Assembly: GCA_964016885.1 (NCBI GenBank) | Contig: OZ024742.1 | Span: 48,670,001 to 48,734,000 of the forward strand | From: Eledone cirrhosa | Taxonomy: Eukaryota | Length of the DNA: 64,000 nt | Reading direction: 5' to 3' | In this document: piece by piece, positions 1-15,145 of the stretch | How positions within the stretch are numbered: position 1 is the stretch's first letter | Layout: every line of letters starts with the position of its first letter | The notes under the pieces: generated by a model | Databases searched by the model: none | Told to the model about the DNA's origin: nothing | What the model saw: only the letters and a program-made list of their open reading frames with translations | Position numbers and translations under genes: made by a program

Positions 1-2215
1 TTCAGTACACTGGGTAGTGACCACCGGCATGTTATGAGTGAGGTCCGGGTGAGCTTAAGAAAGAGCAAGGCTCGGCCCCGGAGAGCAATCTATGACTGGG
101 GAGCTTTCAAGGAAGAAGATAAGCTCCAGGAGAGGTTCACAGTGGAAGTGAGAAACAGGTTTAGTGCTCTGTGTGGAGTGTCAGAGGAGACAGAGATTGG
201 ATGGACTGAGGAGAGTGTGACGAAGAGGTACGGGCACTTCACCAATGCAGTGGCGGAAGCAAGTGAAACCCTGGTGCCGAGGAAAAAGAACAAAGGGAAG
301 CACGTCAGCTCTGCAAACCAAAAAGTGTGTGAAGCCAGAGAACACCTGAAAGCTGCCAAGGACCAATTCTATGCTGATCCTACGGAGGAGAGGATGGAGA
401 TGTGGAGGTGATGAGGGAAGAACTCTGTGCCGCTTACACTGAGGTCAGAGAGAAGGCACTGATAGAGAAGATCAGAAGTGTGGAGAGAGCGGTTGACAGA
501 TCTGGATGTAAGGAGAGCTGGATGATCATCAACGAGATCACAGGGAGGAAGAGAAGGTATTCGAGTCAGATCCAGGGAACCGGGCCCGAGGATAGGAAGA
601 GGAAATGGCTAGACCATTTTAGGACCCTGTTAGGAGAGCCACCCTCCACAGCCCAGATCACTGGGGAGATCAGGCTGCTGTTTGAGGAACTGGATGTTGA
701 GACAGAGACCTTCACCAGAGAGGATCTACAGAGAGTCAAGAAGAGGATCACGGAGGGCAAGGCTCATGGAGAAGATGGAGTGGCATCAGAGGTGATGAAG
801 TGGTGTGATTTTGATGATATCATCCTGGGGTTCCGTAACGGGGCACTGGAGAAAGAAGTTGCCCCGAATCAGTGGAGGATCAGTAACATCGTCCCAGTGC
901 CAAAGAAGGGAGATGTCTCTAACACCAACAACTACAGGGTGATCTCACTGACGTCACTTGTGGCAAAGACCCTCAACATGATGATTCTTAACAGGATCCA
1001 GCCAGAGATGGAGAAGAAGCTCAGGGACAACCAGAACGGCTTCAGAGAGGGTAGATCAACCACCAGTCACATCCTCATGCTGAGGAGGATATTAGAGGGA
1101 GCTAGAGCAAAGTGCCTTCCTGCGGTCATGGCATTCATTGACTTTGGGAAGGCCTTTGGTTCTGTGGACCGTTACTGCCTGATGAAGATCTTATGGAATC
1201 CCCAAGAAGATAGTGGACCTGATATCACTGCTCTAAACCAACACCAAGGCCCAAGTCATTACATCTGATGCGATGACAGAGTTCTTTGAGATACTGGCTG
1301 GAGTGCTCCAGGGAGATACATTGGCTCCCTACCTTTTTATCATCGTAGTGGACTATTGTATGCGCCTGGCACTGGAGAAACACCAGGACTCTGGCTTTAC
1401 TGTGGCACCGGCTCAGATCAGGAGAGTTAGGGCATAAAAAGGTATTGGATGCTGAATTTGCCGACGACATAGTTTTGGTGACAAATACAGTGAAGGAGGC
1501 AGAGGAGTTGATGCGGGAGGTTGAGACTGTGTCGATGAGTGTGGGGCTGGGAATGAATGAGACTAAAACAAAATATCTGGTAGAGAATGTTGAGAAGCCA
1601 GAGGGGATCACTAATGTAGGCGGGAAGCCGCTAGAATTGGTTGAGGGCTTCCTGTATTTGGGAACAAAGATTGGGAATACGGAAGATGATGTGGTTGAGA
1701 GGAAGAGCTAGGCCTGGGCGGCGTGCCACAACTTGAGATCGGTGTGGAAGTCGGACCTTCGTAGAGACCTGAAAATCCGCCTCTTCATTGCTGTAGTGGA
1801 GTCTATGCTGCTGTATGGGCCTGAGACATGGACACTGACCATGAAACTCACTCAGATGGTAGATGGGTGCTACAGGAGAATGCTGAGGATGGCTCTGAAC
1901 ATTAATCAGTATACACTGAGGATGAAAAACTCAGAGCTGTATGGGAGCATCCCAAGAATCAGCTGAAAATTGACACAGAGGAGACTCAGGTTGGCTGGAC
2001 ATGCTCACTGACATCCATAGTTGACATTGCACTCAGTGCTCCTTTGGGAGCCCATACATGGACACACTAGAAGAGGAAGACCAAGGTTAACGTATCTTGA
2101 TGCCCTAAGGACAGACACAGGTCTATTGGAGACGCAGGACATGGCAGCGATAATGAGGGACACAGACAGCTGGAAACAACTCGTCCATGGATCTCGGGAA
2201 TTTTACCCGCCTTAG
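1..2215 (+). mobile_element. RTE-clade non-LTR retrotransposon, RT and 3' part, with frameshifts and stops; runs off the left edge
   Basis: ORF pieces 34-411, 402-1268, 1445-1711, 1733-1966 and 2021-2215 contain YRVISLTSLVAK, QNGFREGRST, FIDFGKAF, GVLQGDTLAPYLF (frameshifted), FADDI, LLYGPETWTLT and RGRPRLTY; ends in a (TACA)n-rich tail. Confidence 0.85.
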
Positions 2216-2689
2216 AATACATACACATACATATACACATACATACATATACACATTAATATCAACATATCCATACATACCATACACATACATATATACA
2301 ACCACAAACACACATATATATATATATATATATACATACACATACACATACATACACATATACATATACATACATACATACATACATACATACACACAAT
2401 CATACGTATATACACACGTACATACATACACATATATACACACATATATACACGCATAGATACGCATGCACAAAAATAGAAATATATACACACACCTCTA
2501 CATACTCACACACACAAATAAATATAAGAAAAAATATATAATAATGAAAAAACATAAAAATGAATATAAAGACTATTATAATATTGACAGCGATACAGGC
2601 AACAAATAAAGGAACAAAAACATGTGTTAAGCAATACACACAAATGCACGTACACATACATACGTAATACTTCATTTATATTATTATAT

Positions 2690-2901
<212 letters not shown>

Positions 2902-3275
2902 GTAGATAAATCTACCAAAATGTACGGTAGTGTCCAATCCGTATGAAGAACTCAATGTAATCCGAATATCATGAAAAGAGATGTATTCAAAAATCTTTTT
3001 CGATGATAAACACATGGTATATTAATAAAAATAATGAATAAAAACAAAGAAACTGTTCCTTATATTAAAAAAATTCATCATTTTACGATCGTTTCTAGGA
3101 TATATATGTGTGTGTTGGTATGTATATCAGATAGATCTATGTAAAATATTTACAAACTATCAGAGGTAATATACATACCAACACACACATATATATCCTA
3201 GAAACGATCGTAAAATGATGAATTTTTTCATATAAGGAACTGTTTCTTTGTTTTTATTCATTATTTTTATTAATT

Positions 3276-3277
<2 letters not shown>
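2902..3277 (-). mobile_element. PLE family-A 3' terminal fragment with internal fold-back
   Basis: Begins gtagataaatctacc like 21367 and 62829 (and 15647 reversed); 3020-3128 is inverted at 3169-3275; (TA)n on both sides. Confidence 0.75.
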
Positions 3278-3346
<69 letters not shown>

Positions 3347-3407
3347 TTATATATATATATATTATAAAAAATAAACAAAGAAGCCTTCAATACATCAAAA
3401 GTCTTTA

Positions 3408-3453
3408 TTAGCTGACAGTGTTTCGTCCCATTAATAGGGACTCATCAGAGCAA
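3408..3453 (-). ncRNA. Type I hammerhead ribozyme motif
   Basis: Minus strand: ttGCT CTGATGA GTCCC tattaat GGGAC GAAAC act GTC AGC. Confidence 0.8.
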
Positions 3454-5092
3454 GTAAAGAGACAAGAAGTATTAACGGCCAGAACAAGCCAAAAGTCAGA
3501 AGAACAGGGAATTTATATCTATGAAAACTTAGGAAAGATAACATGGAAAGATATGCTAAAGCTAAAAGTGTGCATTTGCAAATATAGACTATAGGACAAG
3601 AGAGCGAGTAATATGTCAAACCCCCGTTGAAAGTACAGTATAAGACAAATACATGAAACACAACATGGTAATACAATGTGTGAATTATAAGAATTATAAT
3701 ATGATATAGAATACAATATAATGGATAATAAGAAATAAAAAGCTTAATATATATATATATATATATATCCATATATATACACATTTACACAAACACATAC
3801 TAACACTTATTTAAATATTTAAATATAAATATACTCTTTATAATATAATAATCATTATAATAGAATAATCACCCTGACGGTGTGCATAAACATTACCAAA
3901 AACAATGGAATAATATACTGACATTAAAACATATATAAAACTACATCATACGTATCATTTAAGGTCAACAAATTGTATATAAAGTTTTTCACAGGGTAAG
4001 TAAAAATATCAAATAAAAATAAAATATGGTGAAAAAATATATATAAATATATATAATATTGACAATAAATATACAGAGGTATAGGCATTTCAAATTCATA
4101 AAATATTACAAAACAGTACCTCAATATCGGACATATATTTATAATACAATAACATAAAAATATGACATAATAATGTTAATATTACAATGGCAGACACACA
4201 AAATCAATGGAAAATGCTTAAGACATATTTACGCGATGAATACAAAGAGACATATGTCTCTTTGTATTCATCGAGATATGTCTCTTTGTATTCATCGAGA
4301 TATGTCCCTTTGTATTCATCGCGTAAATATGTCTTAAGCATTTTTCCATTGATTCTGTGTTTCTGCCATTGTAATATTAACATTATTATGTCATATTATT
4401 TTTATGTTATTGAATTATAAATATATGTCCGATATTGAGGTACGGTTTTGTAATATTTTATGAATTTGAACTGCCTATACCTCTGTATATTTATTGTCAA
4501 TATTATATATATTTATATATATTTTTTCACCATACTTTATTTTTATTTGATATTTTTACCTACCCTGTGAAAAACTTTATATACAATTTGTTGACCTTAA
4601 ATGATACGTATGATGTAGTTTTATATATGTTTTAATGTCAGTATATTATTCCATTGTTTTTGGTAATGTTTATGCACACCGTCAGGGTGGTTATTCTATT
4701 ATAATGATTATTATATTATAAAGAGTATATTTATATTTAAATATTTAAATAAGTGTTAGTATGTGTTTGTGTAAATGTGTATATATATGGATATATATAT
4801 TAAGCTTTTTAATTCTTATTATCCATTATATTGTATTCTATATCATATTATAATTCTTATAATTCTCACATTGTATTACCATGTTGTGTTTCATGTATTT
4901 GTCTTATACTGTACTTTCAACGTGGGTTTGACATATTACTCGCTCTCTTGCCCTATAGTCTATATTTGTAAATGCACACTTTATTCTTTAGCATATCTTT
5001 CCATGTTATCTTTCCTAAGTTTTCATAGATATAAATTCCCTGTTCTTCTGAGTTTTGGATTGTTCTGGCCGTTAATACTTCTTGTCTCTTCA

Positions 5093-5138
5093 CTTGCTCT
5101 GATGAGTCCCTACTAATGGGACGAAACACTGTCAACTA
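5093..5138 (+). ncRNA. Type I hammerhead ribozyme motif (mirror copy, stem I mutated)
   Basis: gct CTGATGA GTCCC tactaat GGGAC GAAAC act GTC aac. Confidence 0.75.
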
Positions 5139-5284
5139 ATAAAGACTTTTGATGTTTTGAAGGCTTCTTTGTTTATTTTTTATAATTTTACGGCTCTGTT
5201 GAATTACATTGAGCTATACCTTTACTGTCATTTCTCTAATACGACGAGTGTGTTTAACTCCAACGCACTCAAGTATTTTAATCT

Positions 5285-5351
<67 letters not shown>

Positions 5352-5353
<2 letters not shown>

Positions 5354-5510
5354 CGTTTCTGAATTTGTATAGCAAGATTCTTTATCTGAAATCGTGTGTT
5401 GAAACCGATATTGTTATACTTTGGGAGGGTCATGTTGCCAATAAGAAACACACGCACCAGGTGCGTGTGTTTCTTATTGGCAACATGACCCTCCCAAAGT
5501 ATAACAATAT
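5352..5510 (-). mobile_element. PLE 3' terminus stub with a perfect 51-bp hairpin
   Basis: 5352-5460 matches the reverse complement of 8958-9068; 5408-5458 and 5460-5510 are exact inverted copies. Confidence 0.85.
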
Positions 5511-5523
5511 ATATATATATATT

Positions 5524-5560
<37 letters not shown>

Positions 5561-5565
5561 ATATC

Positions 5566-6040
<475 letters not shown>

Positions 6041-6063
6041 ATATATATATATATATATATTTA

Positions 6064-6155
<92 letters not shown>

Positions 6156-6199
6156 TATTTATATATATATATATATATATATATTTATGTATATATATA

Positions 6200-7094
<895 letters not shown>

Positions 7095-7097
7095 TAT

Positions 7098-9064
7098 AGT
7101 AATAATTACCTAGACACATATGACCTTAGCAACCTGTGCCCTACAAGACCAGCAAGAGGAAGACCACCTACCATTACCTCAATGGCCAAGAAAACCCACA
7201 CAGATAGATGGAACGGGTGGACCAGAGCCATACGGACACCCGAAAACCACGATGAACTAAAGAAAATGATTGCACATGCGGTGGGGGCCAGCATAAAATT
7301 AACCCTTAAGGAACATATGTTCAAATTTAATGGAAAGACATATGCCCAAGAGGAAGGAGCAGCCATTGGTGTTAGCATTGCAGGCGACATAGCTAACTTA
7401 TTCATGGTATGGTGGGACAGTAGACTTAAACTTAAACTTAAAGAACAATTAGAAGACCCCTTAACCCTGATAATGTACTCCCACTACGTTGACGATATAA
7501 ACATCGTAGTTAAAACACCTCCACTAGAGAACAGTCAGGAATTAGAGAAAAACACAATGGAAAGCATCCAGTAAATAGCTAACTCCATCCACCAGAGTAT
7601 TAGAGTTACTATAGACTACCCAAGTAAACACCCCAACCATTGATTACCTGTACTAGACACAGAGCTCTGGTTAGATATCATTAATAACAAAAAACAAATC
7701 CTCCATTCCCATTATGCCAAACACATGACTTCCAAATATTTGATCCACCGAAACTCAGCTGTTTCGGACCATACCAAAATCAACATACTGATTGCGGATT
7801 TGTTACGGGTGATGAGAAGCGTGTCCCGCATGTGAAACCCCGAAGAACTAGAGAGACACATACAACACTTCATCCACCATATGCAGTTCTCTGGTTACAA
7901 TCAGAGAGATAAAATCAGAGTGTATAGAGGAGCCAGAACCAAATGGGAAAAAATGGTAAATAATGACACAAATGGGACCTGACCCTTGTATAGGAGCAAA
8001 TTTTGGAATAGAATAGAAAGAACTAGGAATAAGGCTAATAGAATAAACTCATGGTATGATAGCAATAAATACCAGAGTGTAATGTTCATCGATACAACCT
8101 CTAGAGGTGAATTAGCTTACAAATTTAGAAGGGCCCTAGATAAACATAAACTCAATATTAAGATAGTAGAAAGACCAGGTACCTCCAAAAACACTTATTA
8201 GCAAGACATAGCCTTTTCAAATACCCTCATGTATAGATAAGAAATGTATAACCTGTAAATTAACCCCCGATATTAACTGTAAAACTAGAAATGTAGTATA
8301 TAGCATAAGATGTACTGAAGGACAATGTAGAGACAAAAATATAGTGTACATAGGTGAGACAGCTCGTAGTGTAGGGGAACCGATAAATGAACACTGGCGA
8401 GACCTTCAAGATAGTAAAGAATCACCTGTACTCTACCAACATGCTAAAATAGAACATAAGGGTAAATTAGAGAACATAGAAATAAAAATAGAATCTACAC
8501 ACAGAAAAGACGCAATGTTTAGACAAATCACAAAGGCAATAAACATAAAAGAATTACATCCAAAATTAAATAGAAAACATGAGTGGAACAGCAACATCAC
8601 AACTTACAATTAAGGACAAAATGAAAACACACACGCACATAGAACAAACAACCAACCTGTAATATGTAAATAAACAATATAAATAAACGAATATAAACAC
8701 CCACAGACACCCGGATGTGGCTCATGCGCAGACTGAGCACACAACACACACAGAAACAAGATGGCATAGGACAGAACAAAGGAGGGGCACAAAAACAAAG
8801 AAAAGAATCCCCAGTCACTGAAGAGGTCACAGAATGTGTGACGAAAGAACTTTGACAATATATGAACAGCCATCTGGTTGTGGAACCAAACAACCAACCG
8901 GAAATTTGTAAATTTTTAAATTTCTAAATTTATTATAATAAATTGAAGTGAAAGCATCTGGTGCGTGTGTTTCTTACTGGCAACATGACCATCCCAAAGT
9001 ATAACAATATCGGTTTCAACACACGTTTTCAGATAAAGAATCTTGCTAAACAAATTCATAAACG

Positions 9065-9068
<4 letters not shown>
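7098..9068 (+). mobile_element. 5'-truncated Penelope-like element (RT + GIY-YIG) with several stops
   Basis: GAAIGVSIAGDIANLFM, YVDDI; Cys-rich linker followed by VVYSIRC (~8295) and YIGETARS..EH (8344-8613); hammerhead in the 3' UTR; ends at (TA)n. Confidence 0.88.
8814..8856 (+). ncRNA. Type I hammerhead ribozyme motif in PLE 3' UTR
   Basis: GTCA CTGAAGA g GTCACA gaatg TGTGAC GAAA gaac TT TGAC; perfect stems I and II. Confidence 0.8.
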
Positions 9069-9111
<43 letters not shown>

Positions 9112-9319
9112 TAAACGGAATAGAAAATGCTGACAAATTGTTCACAGTTGAAAAATAGTTTAATTAGGAATAAAAGAGTATTAGTAATTGTATGGGTTAG
9201 TATTCAGTTGTGGTTTTAAGTTTTTACCGGTTACGCATTTCTAAATGCTTTTCAAAACTAATTTTGAGATAGAGCGTCCGTGTTGTTTGCTCTGATCTGA
9301 TTAGTTTGGGGAATTCTAC

Positions 9320-9566
9320 CTGTTTTTATGTAAAAAAATTGGCTCCGGCGCTACTTTGTGTTGCAAAAATTCTTGTGGTCAAAACAATTTTGATTGGTCA
9401 CTAGAGGTCATGTGAATGTAAAAAATTGATTTTGCGCCAAGACTGTTTTTATGTTAAAAAAGTGGCTCCAGCGCTACTTGGTGTTGCAAAAATTCTTGTG
9501 GTCAAATCAATTTTGATTGGTCGGTAGTGGTCATGTGAATGTAAAAAATTGATTTTCCGCCAAGAC
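9320..9566. repeat. Tandem duplication, about 123 bp x2
   Basis: ctgtttttatgt..ggctcc..gcgctact..tgttgcaaaaattcttgtggtc..gccaaga occurs twice. Confidence 0.85.
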
Positions 9567-9719
9567 TGAGAAATGACTCTTTCACAACAAATATGTGTGT
9601 GTGTGTGTGTGTATAGTAGTAGTAGTAGTAGTAGTAAAGTGTTCGATGTTGTGATAATGGTTAGCAGGGATGTGTGTGCGAACCGCAGCCTGTTGACAGT
9701 TCAAATGGCTATTAAGATA

Positions 9720-9763
<44 letters not shown>

Positions 9764-10146
9764 GCAGAGTAATTCGTGGTAGCTAGATGGTCAGTAGGAA
9801 TGTGTCTGTAAGGAGTGGGGGTATTTTAGCATGTCAAAAGATATTTTTCAGCTTTTGTCTTATACGGAGAAGTGTGTGTGTGTGTGTGTGTGTGTGTATA
9901 AGTCTCTTTCTATGTTAATATACGCGTGTGTATGTGTGTGTGTGTGTGTATATGTGTGAGTGTGTGTGTGTGTGAGAGAATGTGTGTGTGTGTGTGTGTG
10001 GGTGGACCAGTTTTTTTTCCCCTGGTAAAATAGAGTACATTATTCGATATTTTCAGTAAAATCGATTCTCTCAATAGAACATCAAAAATCTTAACAATAA
10101 AAGGTGTGAAATGATATTCACTATATATATATATATATACATATAT

Positions 10147-10225
<79 letters not shown>

Positions 10226-10373
10226 TTTCTGAATTTGTTTAGCAAGATTCTTTATATATTTATATATTTGCACCATAGAACATGTGTTTACGTATGTCAT
10301 TGTGTTTATAAGCGGGTAGAGATGTGTGCTGATGTAGGTATGTATGTTGACGTGTGTATGTTGTGGGTTCGTC

Positions 10374-12521
10374 TTAGGGAGAATTGTTTAGACGGGGTCC
10401 GTATTTGTTAATAAAGTAAGATTCCTTGCTGATTCGCTGGGTGTAGGTGGCATTATATTTAAATTTATAGAGGGGAAAGATTCTGAAGTTGGGATGATTT
10501 TGGGCGGCACAGGTATCAATGTGTTCACTCAGTGGTATTTTCCTGTATTCCCGTATTTTAATTTGGGATCTATGGACAGTCATGCGTTAGCGGAGGCTGC
10601 TTTTGATCTGGCCTATGTATTGTTCTCGACAACCTGAGGAAGTTAATACATATATTAGATTTTCCGATGCACATGTGAAATTGTGTTTTACTATAAAACT
10701 TTGTCCTTCTTTGAAATAGAATTCAGAACCCTCTTTTAGGTTGATGCAAATGCCACAGTTGGGTCTATCGCATTTTTTTACTGTGGGTTTCGTTGTTGTG
10801 GTTGGCAGTACTTTGGCATGTGTTAGGATGTTCTTCATTGACTTGGATTGTCTTTTGCTCTTTATGATATCGTGTGTTCGTAGGATTTGGTTCATTCTAT
10901 GGTCCTTTTTCACCACAGAGATGTTCTGGAGGATGGTGTAAAAGGCCTCATTGTTGAGGGGGTTGTGTGTGGAGTTGTATGGAAGAGCTTTTAGTTTCGG
11001 TTGATTTACTTTAGGGTGTCTAAGGTCCTGGGTACTGAGGTTTAGGGTACGTTGAATTCCATTGTCAATTAGTGATGCAGGGTAGTCACTGCCTATGAGT
11101 GTGTCCTTTAGTTCTTGTAGCCGTAAGTAGCAGGTGTTTTTATTGGAGACTATAGTACAGATTCTCTTGGCTAAGTTGTAGGGAATATTAATTTTAACGT
11201 GTCTAGGGTGGCAAGAGTTGAAAGGAAGATATTGCTTGGAGTCTGTGGGCTTGTAGTATATGTCTGTTTCTATATTTTTGTTATGGATCTTAATGAGGAT
11301 GTCGAGGAAGGGGAGTTGTTGATGGCTGTATTCCATCGTGAACTTAATATTCGTGTTGAGCCCATTTATAAGGGTGTGAACTTCTTTAAGTTTTTCGATG
11401 TTTTCGTGCCAAAGGATGAAGCAGTCATCTAGATATCGCTTCCAGTTCCTTTCAATGTGTAAGTGGAGAGTGTTTCCAAATTTGTTTAGGACTTTAATGT
11501 AGAGGGTGATTTCCAGGTATCCCATGACTAGCTTGGCATAAGTGGGGGCTGTTTTCGTTCCCATAGCGGTCCTAGATTTCTGCCTGTAGGGTTTGTTATT
11601 GAAAACGAAGTAATTGTTCTCCAAGATAAATTTGAGTCCCTCTATCACGAATTCTTTTTTGATGCGTTGTGGGAGTTCATTGTGGTAATTATCCAGCCAG
11701 AATTGGATAGCTTCTATTCCTAGGTTATGGGGGGTGTTGGAGTATAGGTTGACTACATCGAACGTCACTAGTAGGGTTTGTTCAGAAAGTGGCATATTAG
11801 GGAGGTGATTGAGCATATCTAGGTCGTCCCTTATATAGCTTTTGATGTGTTTGAGAAAGGGCTTGAGAAGGGTATCAATGAAGTTGCTAAGGTGGTGGGT
11901 TTTGCAAGCGGGGCCTGCTATTATTGGTCTTAATTTGAGATCATTGTGTGAGGGGACATTGATGACTATGTCTGTGGCTTCCTTGCATGCCTTACTTATT
12001 AATTCGCTTTTATGTACTTTAGGGATACCGTAGAAAAGGCTGGATTTACTTGTTAAGTCTGTGATGAAGCTGAATTCCTTGTTAGTGAGTCCATGTTTGT
12101 ATTGGTTGATTAGAGTTTTTAGGTTTCTCATAATTTTCTGTTGATTGTAGTGTTCAGCCTTTTCGTAGTATGTTTCGTTTTCCAAAGTGGAGAGCGCTAA
12201 GTTGATATAGAATTCTGTCTCCATTAGGACTACTGTACTCCCTTTATCAGCCTCTTTAATTGTAATGGTTCTGTCGGTTTTTAATCTATTTAATTCTTTC
12301 CATTCTTTCTTGTTGAGGTTTGGCTTGTGTTTTTGTCTGTGCAAGTGTTGGTAAGGGAAGTTTGTGATGTGTTCACAGAATTCGTCCAGTATTTTATTTC
12401 TACCTTTTGAATGGGTGTAATTGCTTCTATTTCTGGCTAATGATTCATCCTCATTGTACTGGTCGAATAGTTGTTCACTAAGTCGTAACTTTCTACAGAA
12501 GTCTGTGATGTCTTCCTTCAT
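10374..12521 (-). pseudogene. PLE reverse transcriptase + GIY-YIG endonuclease ORF with one in-frame stop at 10587-10589
   Basis: KEADKG, LRPIIAG, FDVVNLYSN, TAMGTKTAPTYA, RYLDDCF, LPFLD, YYKPTD, KCDRPNCGIC, NLIYVL..QYIGQ; reading continues after the stop as RMTVHRSQI..E..FI..P.LN. Confidence 0.92.
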
Positions 12522-13153
12522 TTCATAGTAGTTAGGACGTAGTGGGGTCGGTGTGAATTTAAGACCTTTGGAGAGTAAGTTGATTAGGTTGGGTGTTGGT
12601 TCTGCACTAGTAAGATTGATAATTTTTATTACTATCGGTTTCTCCTCCCTGTCTTGTGTTATTTTGTTTGCCTGTATCTGTGTGCTGTGTCTAAAAAATG
12701 GTTGGAGTAGAGGGGTTGTCTGCTGATGTTAAGTGGTCTCCTGTGTTTGTTATATTCCTTGTGGTTGTAAAATGTGGTTCGGGTTGGTGGTTGTAGATTG
12801 AATGGGGTGTTCCTGTACTGCGAGTATGGGTGTGTGTTTCTATGTGCCATGTTGTATTGTGGTGTTATAAGTGACCTACGTTGTTGGTTCTATCGTGTGG
12901 TGTGGGTTTGTTGTGTATTGTGGAAGCGAGAGTTGAGAAAATGGTAATTACTTTGCTGTCCCCTTGAAGCGGGGAAGTTGTTACATCTATCATGGTGGTG
13001 GTATCTTTTCCCTATGTTTGACGATGTGGCATCCGCGTAGTAGTTGAGTGATTTGGTATGGTGTCTCCTTGAAGGGGGAAAGTTGTAAATGTCATTATGG
13101 GAGAGATGATTTCTTGGGTTTTTGTTCCTTCTTATGGTAGCGAGGTTGGGAAG

Positions 13154-13188
<35 letters not shown>

Positions 13189-13248
13189 TAAATATATATA
13201 TATATATGTGTGTGTATATATATATGTGTGTGTGTGTGTATATATATA

Positions 13249-13284
<36 letters not shown>

Positions 13285-13362
13285 AATATGTGTGTGTGTA
13301 TATATAAATATATATATATGAGTGCATATATATATATATATATATGTGTGTATATATATATA

Positions 13363-13405
<43 letters not shown>

Positions 13406-13443
13406 ATATATATATATATGTGTGTGTATATATATATATATGA

Positions 13444-13526
<83 letters not shown>

Positions 13527-13528
<2 letters not shown>

Positions 13529-14630
13529 CTTTTTACACGGATAGCTGTGCATGCCGTGGTTGAAGATGCTCTGAGTTTACGTCATAATCCAGATTATCCT
13601 TAACTGTGAGCAGGCGCGTGTTTCCACAGTTCGTCTCTTTGATTGATCTGCAATCATAGATCGAGAGTGTCCACCTGGCATCTGTAATATTGCCATGCTC
13701 TCTCTGCCATTTACTAGGCAGGCAATGCGGTCAGTGTAAGTTCCACTCTCGAGTTCTATAGAGGATTATTGCTGGGCAAGTCTGACGACGCACTCGGAGC
13801 AGCTCTATGCGTCGAAGAAGTCGAAATGACCAGTCTTTTTTGGAGGAATTTCGGGTCGAGGACTATGCATAACTACGAGAAATCTCTAGCTGGACTTTGC
13901 TACAGGGGGTCATTGCCGGTTCGCGATAAACTCTACAGGCAAGGAAATGCTGTCAGACGGACCTGCCTGAGATATGTGCAGGCTACGAAACCGTTCTACA
14001 CGCATTCGTCCAGTGTTCGTGCATTACCGACTTGTGGAGTTATATCCAACAGCTGTTGCTACATGTAGAACTGATCCGGCTATGGAACGAGTCGTGAAAA
14101 CCGGTTCGCTCCCTTCTTATGCCCGGGAAGAGCAGGAAGTTTTCTTCTGCCTTGTGGCGGCAGTGAAAGACGTTGTGTGGTGGATACGTATTAGAGGACT
14201 GATGACAAAAACTTCGCTTTTCGGCCAATCCTTCATCAACTTTTTCAAGTTTCACTTGAAAAGGAAGGTGATGCGAAGAGGGAAATGCTACCTCCCAGTA
14301 CATTAGTGAAAATGTGGATAATTGTTGCGAGGATGGTCCATGCGAATGAACCTACGCCGACCATGCGCTTCTAAGCTGGAAAAATTAAATGACGGACGAG
14401 CGCCTTCATAGTGTGCTCTTGGTGATGAAGGTGGGTTAGGATTTGTGGGGGTCCTGACGTCGCCACCTTGATGTTATCCATCTATTGGGAAATTCTGTTT
14501 TTTTTTTAAAGTATTGTTAATTTCTTTTGTTGCATTGTTTTTGTACAATAATTTATGTAAACCTACACTGTCCCTCTTTTTGTATTACCTCTCCCCTATA
14601 ATTCGTCCCTTTTAACAAATAATAAAGAAA
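13527..14630 (+). mobile_element. L1/Tx1-like LINE 3' fragment, degenerate
   Basis: GSLPVRDKL followed by a decayed CCHC region, VAAVKDVVWW, and a T-rich 3' UTR with aataaa. Confidence 0.6.
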
Positions 14631-15092
14631 TATTCTTTATTTGTACTGTGATTTACAACACCACCTATATTTACGGAAGAGGCGGGCATTCACGAACGTC
14701 TGAAGAGCAGCATAGAATAATCATAGTAATCGCATTAATAGTTTCTTCATTTAAATATATATCTCTTTTTACCATGGAAGAAATCAACTGTGTTCAGGCA
14801 GTGGCAGTCATGGATTCTACCAGGTTTAAAAATTTATTCATACACCATTTGTCATTACGAGGCCCTTGCAACACCAAACACAAAATACACGCGCGCACAC
14901 ATATGAATACGTGCATACACACGCACACGGATACAGAAACGGATACCCCCCCCCCCCACACACATATATATATATACATATATTTATTTATTCTGAGAAC
15001 AGATTAAAGTCTTAGCTAAGAATCGCTGCTTTCACCCTTATATATAATCCTCATCGAGCCCTCTTCGGATTTTAGTCTTCACATTTATTATT

Positions 15093-15141
<49 letters not shown>

Positions 15142-15145
<4 letters not shown>

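Larger units (their letters stand above)
3362..5287. mobile_element. Non-coding fold-back element with ~890 bp arms, one hammerhead per arm; probable PLE 3' UTR/pLTR
   Basis: 3362-4250 is the reverse complement of about 4300-5186 (mirror ORFs 3431-3784/4775-5116 and 3924-4124/4435-4635); extra ~100 bp tail on the right arm; (TA)n flanks. Confidence 0.8.
9110..13153 (-). mobile_element. Penelope-like element, Neptune-like (Cys linker); 3' boundary uncertain and interrupted by microsatellites
   Basis: ORF 10587-12521 plus in-frame 10374-10583; homologous to 45740-48147; candidate variant hammerhead at 9221-9260. Confidence 0.75.

Noticed and set aside
4252-4323. CRISPR-like 24-bp repeats
   Set aside because: Contiguous with no spacers, no cas genes, eukaryotic context
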